A stretch of 64,000 nt of DNA from Pristiophorus japonicus (GCF_044704955.1 NC_091992.1:84940001-85004000); one strand, 5' to 3'. Numbered from the stretch's first letter, positions 25,676-39,527 are shown. The notes: generated by a model from the letters alone, not told the origin. A program made the numbers and translations.

Positions 25676-27287
25676 TTTGGTGGGATTGAAGGCCGATAAA
25701 TCTCCAGGGCCTGATGGACTGCATCCCAGAGTACTTAAGGAGGTGGCCTTGGAAATAGCGGATACATTGACAGACATTTTCCAACATTCCATTGACTCTG
25801 GATCAGTTCCTATCAAGTGGAGGGTAGCCAATGTAACCCCACTTTTTAAAAAAGGAGGGAGAGAGAAAACAGGGAATTACAGACCGGTCAGCCTGACCTC
25901 AGTTGTGGGTAAAATGATGGAATCAATTATTAAGGATGTCATAGCAGCGCATTTGGAAAGAGGTGACATGATAGGTCCAAGTCAGCATGGATTTGTGAAA
26001 GGGAAATCATGCTTGACAAATCTTCTGGAATTTTTTGAGGATGTTTCCAGTAGAGTGGACAAGGGCGAACCAGTTGATGTGGTATATTTGGACTTTCAGA
26101 AGGCTTTCGACAAGGTCCCACACGAGATTAATGTGCAAAGTTAAAGCACATGGGATTGGGGGTAGTGTGATGACATGGATTGAGAACTGGTTGTCAGACA
26201 GAAAGCAAAGAGTAGGAGTAAATGGGTACTTTTCAGAATGGCAGGCAGTGACTAGTGGGGTACCGCACTAGTTCTGTGCTGGGGCCCCAGCTGTTTACAC
26301 TGTACATTAATGATTTAGACGAGGGGATTAAATGTAGTATCTCCAAATTTGCGGATGACACTAAGTTGGGTGGCAGTGTGAGCTGCGAGAAGGATGCTAT
26401 GAGGCTGCAGAGTGACTTGGATAGGTTAGGTGAGTGGGCAAATGCATGGCAGATGAAGTATAATGTGGATAAATGTGAGGTTATCCACTTTGATGGTAAA
26501 AACAGAGAGACAGACTATTATCTGAATGGTGACAGATTAGGAAAAGGGGAGGTGCAATGAGACCTGGGTGTCAAGGTACATAAGTCATTGAAGGTTGGCA
26601 TGCAGGTACAGCAGGTGGTTAAGAAAGCAAATGGCATGTTGGCCTTCATAGCGAGAGGATTTGAGTACAGGGGCAGGGAGGTATTGCTACTGTTGTACAG
26701 GGCCTTGGTGAGGCCACACCTGGAGTATTGTGTACAGTTTTGGTCTCCTAACTTGAGGAAGGACATTCTTGCCATTGAGGGAGTGCAGCGAAGGTTCACC
26801 AGACTGATTCCCGGGATGGTGGGACTGATCTATCAAGAAAGACTGGATCAACTGGGCTTGTATTCACTGGAGTTCAGAAGAATGAGAGGGGACCTCATAG
26901 AAATGTTTAAAATTCTGATGGGTTCAGACAGGTTAGATGCAGGAAGAATGTTCCCAATGTTGGGGAAGTCCAGAACCAGGGGTCACAGTCTAAGGATAAG
27001 GGGTAAGCCATTTAGGACCGAGATGAGGAGAAACTTCTTCACCCAGAGAGTGGCGAACCTGTGGAATTCTCTACCACAGAAATTTGTTGAGGCCAATTCA
27101 CTAAATATATTCAAAAAGGAGTTAGATGAAGTCCTTACTACTCGGGGGATCAAGGGGTATGGTGAGAAAGCAGGAATAGGGTACTGAAGTTGCGTGTTTA
27201 GCCATGAACTCATTGAATGGCGGTGCAGGCTAGAAGGGCCGAATGGCCTACTCCTGCACCTATTTCCTATATTTCTATGTTTCTATG
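25676..27287 (+). mobile_element. CR1 LINE, 5'-truncated, RT domain to 3' tail
   Basis: KSPGPDGLHP, NYRPVSLTS, QHGF, DFQKAFDKVPH, KFADDTK; tail TTTCTATG repeats. Confidence 0.95.
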
Positions 27288-28143
27288 GTGCTGCAAGTGA
27301 ATTTTTTTTATGATTGAGCATTTTATGTCACAATGATTCAGGAGTTTTCAGTCTTATCCTTAACTAGATTTTTGAAGCTTGTTTCCTTCTGCCTTCCCAC
27401 CCTCCCTCCCCCTCAGTGATTGCCTCAGTGATTGTTTCCTTGTGAGATAAGGCCCATTCCAACAGCAACTACCTTGCTCATGTCCTGAAGTAATTCAGTA
27501 GCTTTACAGCAGTGTGGCGGTAAATCAATTTTTAATCTTCACCGGGGAGTTAATTTATGTCACAGCACTAAGGTAAGGCAAAGGCCTCGTGTATAATCTC
27601 GGTATATTTTCACTTTGACACGGAGCTGACTGATTCAATTGAGCAAAGAACAAATTCCCGCAGGTTTCGCAGATCTAGTAAAACACAGGTGTCTGTTCAC
27701 AAAATGTTTCCACAAATTCTTCACACAAATCTGCAAGGGAGCATCTTCAAAATCTTTGCAAAGGAAATGTGAAAGTTGCCTCACACAACAATGGGAATTA
27801 TACTGTTTCCCCCCCGTCCCCCCAGCCCCCTCTCCCCCACCCCCCGCCCCACCTCATCTTCTCTCCATACTAAGGACCAGAAACTAGGATTGATCCTGTA
27901 TATGGTAATGGAGAGTTTACCCTTTACGTCTGCCAAAGGCCATCACATATAAATCAAAAGGGCAGTCGTTTATTTTTAATCTTTGGCGAAGATAAACCGA
28001 CTCTCTAAGATTATAGGACTCGTTACATCAGCAGTACACCACAATTGCCAACTTGCAAAAGTTGACCAACTTCTTCAGAGAAACTGCCTGAGCCCCCAAA
28101 ACAACAGGCAGACATCTGCCAGAAGGCCTCACACCACCCCACC

Positions 28144-28558
28144 ACAGTGGGTAGCACTCTTGCCTCTGAGACAGAAGGTTCTGGGTTCAAGTCCCTCTCC
28201 AGAGATATGAGCGCATAATCCAGGCTGACACTTCAGTACAGTACACTGTCAGAGGTGCCGTCTTCTGGATGGATATTGAACCGAGGCCTCATCTGTCCAC
28301 TCAGGTGGACGTAAAAGATCCTGTGGCACTACTTGAAGAAGAGCAGGTGTGTTCTCCCTGGTGTCCTGGCCAATATTTAACCCCCAACCAACATCACTAA
28401 AAACAGATTACAGAAACAGCAGTACACAATTTGGCTACCGTGTTTCCCACATTACAGCAGTCACTACACTACAAAAGTACTTCATTGGCTGTAAAGTGCT
28501 TTGGATATCCTGAGGTCCTAAAAGGCTCTATATAAATCTTAGTTCTTTGTTTCTTTCT
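28144..28558 (+). mobile_element. Deu-domain SINE (SacSINE1-like)
   Basis: B-box GGTTCAAGTCC, Deu core, tail. Confidence 0.85.
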
Positions 28559-28783
28559 TAACCTCTGCAACCTTCTGCACCCTTGTATTCACACCCACAA
28601 CCTTTCAGGTCCTCTGACTCTGGCCTCTTATACATCACATCCTTCCTTCACCTCATCGATGCCTGGGACTCATCCTTAGGAAGTCCCTCCCTAAAGGTTC
28701 TCCACGGTTCAAAACCTACTCAAAACCCATCTTTTCGAACAGACGTTCAGCCTCCTCCCTGATCCCTCCCTCCAGAACTCAGT

Positions 28784-29832
28784 GGGGGCGAATTTCACCA
28801 AATACTTCAGGCGCTAAAAAGAAGTGGCCAAGATGGAGTCTTGAGCTGAAACGCTGGTTTAGCCCGCGTTCAGGGCAAAACATCACCTTGGTAAAGGAGT
28901 TGGAGTCAGTACTAGGAATGGCCACCCAGAGGCTTGTTAAACAGCTGATTACCACTTAAAATGAGGCTGCACTGCATTTTCGTGGCTAGCACTTCAATTA
29001 ACGCCTTTTCCTAACAGCGACCAGCTGTTTGGGAGTAAACGCAGCGTTAATATCGATTTCAAGCGCTACTGAAAGGGTTACTCACCACTTAAAGGGATAC
29101 TCGCCCTGGTCAGTGCTGCTGGAGTTGTGACGAGGACCACTGAAACACATCGGGAGACTTTCTGGGGCACTGTGTCACAACTTCACCAGCACTCGAGCAT
29201 AATTTATTCTGCAAATTCTCTGAGGTCTTCGCCTAAAAAGAGTAAGTACTGTGCTACTCCACCTTATTGGGCACCTTCTAAGAGTCACCAGGTGAAAGCG
29301 AGCATTGTTCAGTGACATCTTGCAAGGGGTCCCCCTTGGTCTGGACGAGGAATGGGAGAAGGATATGAGGCCGGGCAGAGCAGCACCAGCTGCTGCAGGA
29401 GAGAGGGACAGGAGGGCGAGGTGGGCAAGGTGGACTGTTCCCCCCCCCTCCCTGCGGGTACAGGACATTCCTCCTCCTCTGGACCCCCTCCACCAGGACC
29501 TCCAGTGCCGCATCCGAGAACCTGTGCACCCTTTCCCTCGGTCCTTGAGCCATCCTGCAATATGCTGCTGTGTACCAGCCAGAGCACTCCACACCCTCAG
29601 TGGAAATGGGTGCGAGGAGTCTACATATACTTCTCCATGAAAATTGCTTCTAATCAGCACTTGAGCGCTAAACCTGCCGGTCTCTGTTTAGCACCTCCAG
29701 GCAAGTTCAATTTATGGTCATCAGCAATTAGGACCAAATTTGTGTGTTAAATCCAGACTTTCAAACAGACGTGTCTTATTAGCACTGCACCCATTTAGTG
29801 CCTGTTTTCACCCTTTGGCCACAATAACCCCC
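28784..29832 (-). mobile_element. Harbinger-derived element with a Myb/SANT-like coding fragment, inserted in an old L2 remnant
   Basis: GGGGG...CCCCC ends with AGT/AGC flanks; peptide RERVHRFSDAALEVLVEGVQRRRNVLYP (ORF 29278..29592) resembles the Harbinger Myb/SANT N-terminus. Confidence 0.55.
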
Positions 29833-30579
29833 AGCGTCTTTTCCCTTATCTTAGTTACATTGTGAAATGCCTTGGAACATTTTATTACAAATGCAAATTG
29901 TCATTGTAGAATATAAATTCTCCAATTATGGAAAACTTTAACGAGTCTTGAGCTCTTCAGGATGACTGTGCCCAGAGTCATGACTAGAATTGCAGTTTAT
30001 GATTAGAAAGTCGGCGAAACATTAAGAGTGGGAGAGATGTGGCTTCAGGCTCATCAGTATGAGTATCACGCTCCAAGTGCCAGCATGCAGCATTGGGTTA
30101 GGTGCGGGCATGTGGTTTGTCTGAAACTCTGTTATTATCTCAAGTAATATGGCTCTATAAAAACAGAGACCTGGCACCTTTCCTGAAGTGTCTGGGAAGA
30201 TGTGATATTTTCCACACTGAGCAGAGCTGTCAACATTAGAGCAATTCCAAGCGCGAGCTTTTGTTTTAGTTACTAGCCTTATAACCTTGCACAAAAACCT
30301 AAGCAAGGCTAAAGGTGACCTGCTGTGCCTGTTGCTTGGGCCACAGGAATGATGACATTCTCTCCTCTTCTTGCTCTTATCGTTGTTTCCCTGTCGTTCA
30401 TTTCTGTGCCCCCCACCAAAAAACTCAAAACTCATTCCTTATCCCTAAATCTTTCCATTCTTCTGTGTTCTTTCTTTGATTTATAAATTATGTTCCCATA
30501 TCACTATGAAATAAAAGTCAAATATTTGATTAGGAGCTTGATGGTATTGAGAGATACAACTAAGCAAATAGCAGGCCAA

Positions 30580-30668
30580 TGTCACGTGATCAAATGTCAT
30601 GTGATTAAGTATCACATGTCCGGTGTCACGTGATCAAATGGCATATGATCAAATGTCACATGATCAAA
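30580..30668. repeat. Six degenerate 15-bp units TGTCACGTGATCAAA, each with an E-box
   Basis: Cores in order: CACGTG, CATGTG, CACATG, CACGTG, CATATG, CACATG. Confidence 0.85.
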
Positions 30669-31247
30669 CCTACAGGAAAATGTCAAACCAGAGTTGGCGC
30701 CCTATATTAGGCTGAACCAAGCTGTACACCAGCTCAAGGCCCAATGTGACCCTGAGCTGGACTTCAAACTCCATATCTATGTCTGTCACCTCAGAATTTG
30801 AGATTTTATTCTGAATCTAAAGGTGTTCTATTTTCAATACAAAGGAAACAGTTTGTCATAATGAGATTTGTAGCAACAAAGTTTGTTGTCGTGAGGTATC
30901 TTATTGCATAAAACCCACAATGGAGAGGTCTGAGCGAAAACAATATCGGGCTTGTGTTTGCATTAGTTTCTCACACAGATAACTTGCAGCCTCTGGAAAT
31001 GAGCCATTGACCTGCTTTCAGTCCTGGTCTTCTGAATGTTTCATTGAGTCACCGAGACAGCTACAGTGACATCACCAAACAGCATTCCTTAAAGCAACAG
31101 GCCCACAGCTCTGCTTGTACTGCTGCTACAAATTATTACTGCAAATTCTCATTTACATCTCTATCAGTAACAAGCCAGTAAAAATTCCCGACAAAATGTT
31201 CACATTGCTGATGAGAAATCTTATGTGTTTATAAAAAATTTAAACAC

Positions 31248-31579
31248 AGGATGTGGGCATTATTGGCAAGGCCAGCATTTATTGCCCATCCCTAATTGCC
31301 CTTGAGGGCAGTTAAGAGTCAACCACATTGCTGTGGGTCTGGAGTCACACATAGGCCAGACTGGATAAGGGCAGCAGATTGCCTTCCGTAAAGGACAAGA
31401 GTGAACCAGATGGGTTTTTATGACAATCTAGCAGTTTCATAGTCATTATTACTGATACTAGCCTTTCATTCTAGATGTATTTAACTAATTGATTTTAATT
31501 GCCCCAGCTGTTTTGTCACTGGATTATTAGTTCAGACCTCTGGATTACTAGTCCAGTAACATAACCACTATGCTACCAT
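31248..31579 (-). mobile_element. tRNA-derived SINE, second family
   Basis: Head GGTAGCATAGTGGTTATG on minus; related copies at ~4860-5005, 44660-45463, 52650-53010. Confidence 0.75.
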
Positions 31580-32429
31580 TCCCTACTGTTCAGTTAGTTG
31601 ATCTAAGTTTGTATAACAGCTGGCATGTCACACTTGGGCCTCAGTACCCTTGCAGTAAGAGTCAGCCGGTACCGTCTCCTGATTGCTACAAGTGACCGCT
31701 TCTGGGAAAGCATGAGCCTGGGGACATGGAGTGAGATCAGGATCGGGATTGGCTAAGATACACTCCATGGAGGAATAGACCTTCACTGACATTCAGAGAC
31801 ATTCACTGTCTCGATTCGCTTGGCTTGGGTAAAGCGAGCATGATTACTGTATCTCAGCAAAAGTTAGAATATTCAGGAGCAATGGGGAGAATTTGGGAGA
31901 GTAGGGAAGGGAGGAAGATACACACACAGTAATTACAGCTGTGAATTTTGTTTAATGTGTTGGCCTCTTGTGGGATATGGCTAGTACCTGAGGTGGTAAT
32001 ATTCTGTTCAAATTGTTGGATAATATTAGAGGTGGGCGAAGGGTAATTCTTGCCAATGAATGTCATGTGATTGCTTGTAAATTTCAGGCTGCAGGTCAGA
32101 AGAAACCAGGATGAAATGCCCGTCTTACATTCTCTTTAAGATTGCTTCACTTTGTGTGACATCGAGCGTGTGAGACTGAGGCAGGGAAGGAGAAGATGCA
32201 TGAGGAAAGGGTAGCGAGGTGGAGAAAAGAGAGAGGCAGGGGCAGAATGAGATAGACAGAGGGAGAGAAATGACCATAAATGGAACAAGACAGGTGGAAA
32301 CAGATCGGTTGAAGCTTCACAAAGGCAAAAGAGTCTTCTCATGGTCAATAAAGTGCCTGAATGCCTGAATAGATGGACAACCTGGATAATATGGCTGCTT
32401 CTGCCTTTAATGGTGGTGTTTATGTTGCT

Positions 32430-32768
32430 AGGATGTTGCGGCGGGTGAGGGTGTGGGTCCTGGGGGTGCAGGGGGACGGTGCGGGCCTACCCACACTGCG
32501 ATGTGTGTGCGCACTGGGTCTGTGCAGCAGAGCTGGTCTCCAGTCATCCCGGTTCAACCCTTGCCACTGGATAAAGGCCGAGCTCTGTCGAGCCCGTGTA
32601 GTGGCTGATGTGCAATGGTCACCACACATTAAAAAAATCCATGCACAGGCATCTTCCATCCCCTCAATTGGAGTTCAGGACTGGAACATCGGGTCCTTCA
32701 TTGAAACATCTATGAACTCTTGTGGAAGCAAGTCATCCTCGTTCGAGGGACCGCCTATGATGTGATGA
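32430..32768 (+). mobile_element. Non-autonomous RTE-tailed retroposon, second copy
   Basis: Aligns by eye with ~3780-4080; RTE 3' end with a degenerate GAT tail. Confidence 0.8.
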
Positions 32769-32863
32769 TATCTGCTCAAATCAGGCACAGAGAATTCTGA
32801 GAATCATTAGCATTCTTTTTGCTTTGCTCTGTCCATTTGATTACACCATTTCATAGAATCATA

Positions 32864-33673
32864 GGAACCGAGTTTGGTCAAACCTAAGTTCCGCCCATCA
32901 TCATCATCATAGACAGTCCCTCGGAATCGAGGAAGACTTGCTTCCACTTCTGAAGTGAGTTCTTTGGTGGCTGAACAGTCCAATACGAGAGCCACAGACC
33001 CTGTCACAGGTGGGACAGACATTCGTCGAGGGAAGGGGTGGGTGGGACTGGTTTGCCACACGCTCCTTCCGCTGCCTGCGCTTGACCGCTTCACGCTCTC
33101 GGCGTTGAGATTCGAAGAGCCTGCCGGATGCACTTTCTCCATTTAGGGCGGTCTTCGGCCGGGACTCCCAGGTGTCAGTGGTGCTGTTGCACTTTATCAG
33201 GGAGGCTTTGAGGGTGTCCTTGTAATGTATGTTTCCGCTGTCCACCTTTGGCTCGTTTGCCGTGAAGGAGTTCCGCATAGAGCATTTGCTTAGGGAGCCT
33301 CGTGTCTGGCATGCGGACTATGTGGCCTGCCCAGCGAAGCTGATCGAGTGTGGTCAAAACCTTTCATGACCGTTGAAAGGATTGCTAAGATCCTGATGGT
33401 ACTTTGGGCGGAGGTTTGGTGGAAACATGTCGAAAAAACCTTCACGCGGTGATCTCTTCTGCTGTTGGAGCGGAGGACCGCTCGGAACAAACTGGGGAGT
33501 GAGCGGGCAGGAGGACTTTTGTCGGCATAACATGCCGGCGCACGCCAATGGATGCTCCCCGGCGGTCTTCACTCCCCGCCGATGTGAGGGCCTCACCAAA
33601 CTCGCTCGGAGGGGAGAGCGCCCAGAAAACAGCGAAACAGGCAGCCAGCGGTAAGTCCACCAAATTCAGGCCC
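32864..33673. mobile_element. Harbinger-type MITE in the CR1 tail, itself holding an RTE fragment
   Basis: Imperfect TIRs GGAACCGAGTTTGGT / ACCAAATTCAGGCCC; ATA on both sides. Confidence 0.6.
32897..33355 (-). mobile_element. RTE LINE 3' fragment
   Basis: QLRWAGHIVRMPDTRLPKQ and CPTCDRVCGSRIGLFSHQRTH; (GAT)n tail. Confidence 0.92.
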
Positions 33674-34648
33674 ATAGAATCTTACAGCACAGAAGGAGGC
33701 CATTTGGCCCATCATGCCTGTGCTGGCTCTTTGAAAGAGCTATTCAATTAGTCCTAATCCCTACTCTTGCCCCATAGCCCTGCAATTTTCTCCCCTTCAC
33801 GTACTTATCCAATTCCCTTTTGAAAGTCACTATTGAATCTGCTTCCACCACCATTTCAGACAGTGCATTCCAGATCATAACAACTCACCGTGTAAAAGAA
33901 TTTCTCATCGTCTCACCTCTGGCTCTTTTGCCAATTATCATAAATCTGTGACATCTGGTTACTGACCCTTCCGCCGGTGGGAACAGTTTCTCCTTATTTA
34001 CTCTGTCAAAACCCTTCATGATTTTGAACACCTCTATTAAATCTCTCCTCCACCTTCTCTGCTCCAAGGAGAGCAGTCATAGCTTCCCGAGTCTCTGCAT
34101 GTAACTGAAATCCCTCATCCCGGTACCATCCAAAACTGAACACAGTACTCCAGCTGAGCACAATACTCCAGTGTTTTATAAAGATTTAGCATAACTTCCT
34201 TACTTTTGTACTCTGTGCCTCTATTTATAAAGCCTTGGATCCTATATATTTTTTTAACAACCTTATCATCTTGTCCTGCCAGCTTTAAAAATGTGTATGC
34301 AAACCCTCAGGTCCCTCTGTTGCTGCACCCCTTTAATATCGTACCATTAGCTTATATTGCCTCTCCTCATTCTTCCTTTCAAAATGCATCACTGCACACT
34401 GTCATGTATCTTACATTATTATATGTAACTGTATCCTAACATGCTATACATGACTGTAATAAGATATGACCTGTAACCGCCAGCATACCTTACCACCAGA
34501 GGTGCACTTGCAAGAGACAGGTATATAAGGACAGGTCTCAGGCAAGTACAGCATTCCAGAGCTGTGAAATAAAGGTGCAGGTCCAGAGTGACCTTGACTT
34601 CACTACATGCCTCGTGTGAATCTGTACTGAGGGGACAGGACTTTACAG

Positions 34649-34666
34649 TGGCGACGAGGATGGGAT
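34649..34666 (+). promoter_or_regulatory. Primer-binding site complementary to the tRNA-Ser(GCU) 3' end
   Basis: TGGCGACGAGGATGGGAT one base after the LTR; complement of ...ATCCCATCCTCGTCGCCA (tRNA sequence recalled from memory). Confidence 0.85.
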
Positions 34667-34689
34667 GAAAAGTACAATGCTGGAGACAA

Positions 34690-37600
34690 TTGGGAGGACT
34701 TTATAGAAAGGCTCCAGCAATGCTTTATAACCAAAGACTGGTTAGGAGCTGTGGCTCGAAAACATACGCTTTAATGAAGGATCTGCTGGCACCCGAGAAA
34801 CCAGCAAGCAAGTCGTTTGAAGAATTGAGCACACTGGTAAGAGACCACCTGAAGCCAGCGAGCAGCCTACACATGGCCAGACACAGGTTCTACAACAACA
34901 GACGCTGTGTGGGCCAGAGCATACCCGACTTCGTGGCGGAACGTCGGAGGTTGGCTAGTTTATGTGAGTTCTCCGATGAACTGAGGAGAGAAATGCTGAG
35001 AGACTTTTTCATTGAAGGAACAAGCCACGCAGGCATATTCCGAAAGCTCATAGAGACCAAGAACCTGACCTTAGAGGCAGCAGCACTGGTTGCACAGACA
35101 TTCTTGGCAGAGGAAGAAGAAACGAGGTTGATTTACAATGCAGGTACAACAACTAACGAAATATCGGAACAAGGAGTTCACAGCATGAAACAAGCTGCTA
35201 CCCCCACACACAGACAAAAGCGGGAGAGCAGGCCCTCGACATCAGGCAGTGGCGCCAGAAGCCATCAAGGGCCACAGGAACGGCCGTTCACACCTCATCA
35301 ACCCACAATGCGAGCAATCAACTACAAACTGAGAGAAGCTCAAGTGAGATCAGCCAGACGCAGCTTATTCTTTGGAAACACTTTAAACAATGGAACAGGT
35401 CTCTGCTGGAGGTGTGGGGGTGGGCACTCATCAAGGGGATGTCGATTTCAGCAGGCTGTTTGCAGGAACTGTGAATATACAGGGCATTTGGCCCGCATGT
35501 GCAAATAAACGGCAGCTCGGCTGGTATACGAATCGGATGGGTCAGAAAGCAGACCAGAAGACGGTGGGGACAGTACCCGGGACACTGATGTACAGCGGGT
35601 CAACACGATCAATGGCCGCTGCTCCGACAACAGGACGCCTCCTATAATGATGAGGGTCCTACTCAACGGGATACCTGTCAACATGGAGCTGGATATGGGA
35701 GCGAGTCAATCTCTCGTGGGCGCTCAACAATTTGAACAACTGTGGCCGCATAAAAGAGACAGACCAAAACTCACAAGGGTCGACACCAAACTGAGGACCT
35801 ATACCAAAGAAATCGTACCAGTCCTCGGCAGCGCCATGCTCGCCGTCGCACACAAAGGGACAGTGAACTGACTTCCCCTGTGGATTGTCCCTGCTGGGGA
35901 GAAGCTGGCTGGCAAAACTAAACTGGAAATGGGATGATGTCCATGCCATGTCATTAGAGGAACGGACCTCCTGCTCAACAGTTATAAAGTGATTTGAAAC
36001 ATCTCTTTCAGCCAGGTGTGGGCACTTTCAAAGGGGCCAAAGTCAAAATCTACACCACACAGGATGCTAGACCAGTCCATCACAAGGCCAGAGCTGTACC
36101 CTATGTGATGAGGGAAAAGATTGAACACGAACTAGACAGGCTTCTGCGGGAAGGCATTATATTACCTGTGGAATTTAGCGACTGGGCAAGTCCCATCGTC
36201 CCAGTCACGAAGCCTGATGGATCCATACGAATCTGTGGGGACTACAAATCTACCATAAACAGAGTCTCCCTACAGGACCAGTACCCGCTGCCCAGAGTGG
36301 AGGACTTATTTGCCACATTGGCTGGAGGTAAACTTTTCTCAAAACTAGACCTCACATCTGCATATATGACGCAAAAATTGACCGAGGAATCGAAGCTACT
36401 CACCACCATCAACACACATCAAGGCCTTTTCATGTACAATCGATGCCCAGGTCATCAGGTCGGCAGCCGCCATATTCCAGCGCAACATGGAGAGTCTGCT
36501 CAAGTCCATCCCGGGGACGGTTGTATTTCAAGACGACATACTTATCATGGGTAGGGACACCGACTCCCATCTCCGTAATTTGGAGGAAGTACTAAAGCGG
36601 TTGGATCGGGTAGGACTACGAGTTAAGAAATCCCAAGTGCCTGTTTCTCGCACCCGAGGTTGAATTTTTGGGCAGAAGGATTGCCGCTGATGGAATCTGC
36701 CCAACAGAGTCCAAAACAGAAGCAATTCGCCTGGCACCCAGGCCTCGGAATGTCTCAGAACTGCGCGCCTTTCTCAGGCTACTCAATTACTTTGGGAACT
36801 TTATGCAGAACTTAAGCACGCTGCTGGAGCCTCTCCACGTGCTACTCAGGAAGGGGTGCAATTGGTTTTGGGGGGCCGCCCAGGAATCCGCCTTCAATAA
36901 GGCACGCAACCTTCTGTGTTCCAACAGTGTTTTGACTTTCTTTGATCCAGGTAAAAAGCTAGTTCTCACATGCGATGTGTCAGCGTATGGGGTCGGGTGC
37001 GTTTTACAACATGTCAATAGTGCGGGCAAATTACAACCCATAGCTTATGCCTCCAGGTCACTTTCACGGGCGGAGCGCAGATACGGAATGGTAGAGAAGG
37101 AGGCACTTGCGTGCGTGTACGGTGTCAAAAAGATGCACCAATATCTTTTCGGGGCCAAGTTCGCGTTAGAAACCGACCACAAGCCTCTCACATCCCTCTA
37201 TCCGAGAGCAAGGCAATAAACGCCAACGCCTCAGCGCGAATTCAACGGTGGGCACTCATGCTGGTGTCCTACGACTATACCATAAGGCACAGACCAGGCA
37301 CAGACAACTGTGCCGACATGCTCAGCAGGCTACCCCTGGCGACCACGGAAGGGTCTGACGAACAGGGCTGTGAGATAGTCATGGCAATCAATGCCTTTGA
37401 GTCCACAGGTTCGCCCATGACGGCTCGCCAAATCAGAGCCTAGACGGCCAGCGACACCACATTATCCTTAGTAAAAAGATGTGTCCTAACCGCTGACTGG
37501 GCAGAGGCTCGCGATGCCCGCCCCGAGGAATTAAAACCTTTTCACAGGCGCATGCATGAGCTATCACTTCAAGCGGACTGCCTGATGTGGGGCAGCCGAG

Positions 37601-38732
37601 TAGTCATGCCTCTGCGAGGCAGAGAGGCATTTGTCCGGGAGCTCCACCGCGAGCACCCGGGGATCGTTCTCATGAAGGCCATAGCCAGATCCCACGTCTG
37701 GTGGCCTAGTATTGACGCGGACTTGGAGCTCTGCATCCGACGGTGCACCATTTGTGCCCAACTCAGCAATGACCCCAGAGAGGCTCCCTGAGCCCCTGGC
37801 CCTGGCCTACCAAATCATGGTCGCGGGTGCACGTAGACTATGCGGGCCCATTCATGGGCAATATGTTCCTCGTATTTGTAGATGCATTTTCAAAGTGGAT
37901 CGAATGCACCATTTTAAACGCGAGCACAACCTCCACCACTGTGGAGAGCCTTGCAATCATGTTTGCAACGCACGGAATCCCTGACATATTGGTCAATGAC
38001 AATGGTCCGTGCTTCACCAGCGCAGAATTCCAAGATTTTATAATTGACCACGGCATAAATCACATCAAGATGGCACCATTCAAGCCGGCCTCCAACAGCC
38101 AGGCAAAGAGTGCAGTGCAAATCATTAAACAATGCATGCTTAAAATCCAAGGTCCCACGCTGCCGTGACTGCTGCTGGCATACAGATCTCGTCTGCACTC
38201 ATTGACTGGGATTCCTCCCGCACAACTGTTGATGAAAAAGACTTTAAAAACAAGGCTCTCATTAATCCTCCCAGACACGCACAAAATCGTTGAGGCAAAG
38301 CGCCGTAAGCTGACTGAGTACCATGACAGAAATTTAAGGGGGAGATGGAATGAGATAGGGGACAAAGTATTTGTACTAAACTATGGCAGGGGTCCCAAAT
38401 GGCTTGCAGGGACAGTAACGGGCAAGAAAGGAAACAGGCTACTGGTAGTACAAATGGACAATGGCCAAACCTGCCGGAGGCATGTAGACCAAGTCAAAAG
38501 CAGATTTACCAACAACACTGCGGAACCAGAGGCAGACTACAATATGGAACTCGCACCACACCTGGTGGACAGACAGAGGGAACAACTTTAGGAAAGGGCA
38601 GTCTCAACAGACAGCCCAGGCGTGATACCAGCAACCACACCCAAAGAAAAACAGACACCAAGGCAAATAACTGAACCATAACTCAGACGCTCCACGCGAG
38701 AGCGTAGACCACCTGAGAGACTGAACCTATAA
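34690..38732 (+). pseudogene. Disrupted gag-pol of E5
   Basis: CWRCGGGH and CRNCEYTGHLARMC knuckles, ELDMGA protease, RICGDYK, FQDD at 36526-36537, HVDYAGP and DNGP integrase; stops and frameshifts. Confidence 0.93.
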
Positions 38733-39171
38733 AGACAATAAGACCTTGTGGGAGGGTGATGTCATGTATCTTACATTATTATAGATAACTGTATCGAAAC
38801 ATGCTATACATGACTGTAATAAGATATGACCTGTAACCACCAGCATACCTTACCACCAGGGGTGCACTTGCAAGAGACAGGTATATAAGGACAGGTCTCA
38901 GGCAAGTGCAGCATTCCAGAGCTGTGAAATAAAGGTGCAGGTTCAGAGTGACCTTGACTTCACTACATGTCTCGTGTGAATCTGTACTGAGGGGACAGGA
39001 CTTTACACACACTTCTCTGTGTTAAATTTCATTTGCCCATTTCACCAGTCTGTCGATGTCCTCCTGGAGTCAGCTATTATCCTCCTCTCTCTTCACTACT
39101 TTTCCAAGTTTTGCTTCTATGGCAGACTTTGAAATTATGCCTTGTATATCCAAGTCCAGGTCATTAATATA

Positions 39172-39527
39172 CAGGCAATTATCCGCACACGGATGCAATG
39201 AGAAACCGTTGTAACGGCATTTAAAATTCCGTGTGTGCGCGCGCTGCTGCAGCCGCTGTCTCTTGCGGCTGCCGCTGATGTTGGAGTCCTTTCGGCCTGG
39301 GAAGGCAGCATACTCTGGAACCCCGGAGCCAGATAATCTCCTCCTCGAGACCACCTGCATGCATGCTGGTAATGGCCATACTTAGCTGTCTTGTTACCGT
39401 TTGTAGCTGATCGCAAGTCTTTATTCATTGAAATTTTAACTTTATAATGTCAACTCACTCTAATGGAGAAATCGTTTACCCGGCATACCCCAATCCCCGA
39501 GGGACCCGGATAATCGAGATTTGCCTG
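39172..39527. mobile_element. Tc1/mariner-superfamily (pogo/Tigger-like) MITE
   Basis: TA TSD (39170-39171, 39528-39529); TIR CAGGCAA(ATCTCGA)TTATCCG with a 7-nt deletion on the left; removing it restores the CR1 sequence seen intact at ~54980. Confidence 0.85.

Larger units (their letters stand above)
34400..39007 (+). mobile_element. Full-length Gypsy (Mag-like) element E5
   Basis: 248-bp LTRs 34400-34647 and 38760-39007 (about 9 differences by eye); TSD CACAC at 34395-34399 and 39008-39012; PPT 38748-38759; TATATAA 34522 and AATAAA 34568. Confidence 0.97.

Noticed and set aside
30310-30392. Peptide TTIRARRGENVIIP resembling an Ig-domain start
   Set aside because: The conserved Cys and Trp are absent in frame and splice signals are poor
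32590-32720. Possible hammerhead ribozyme in the RTE-tailed element
   Set aside because: The core is CTGATGT rather than CTGATGA, is not conserved in the other copy, and the stems cannot be built
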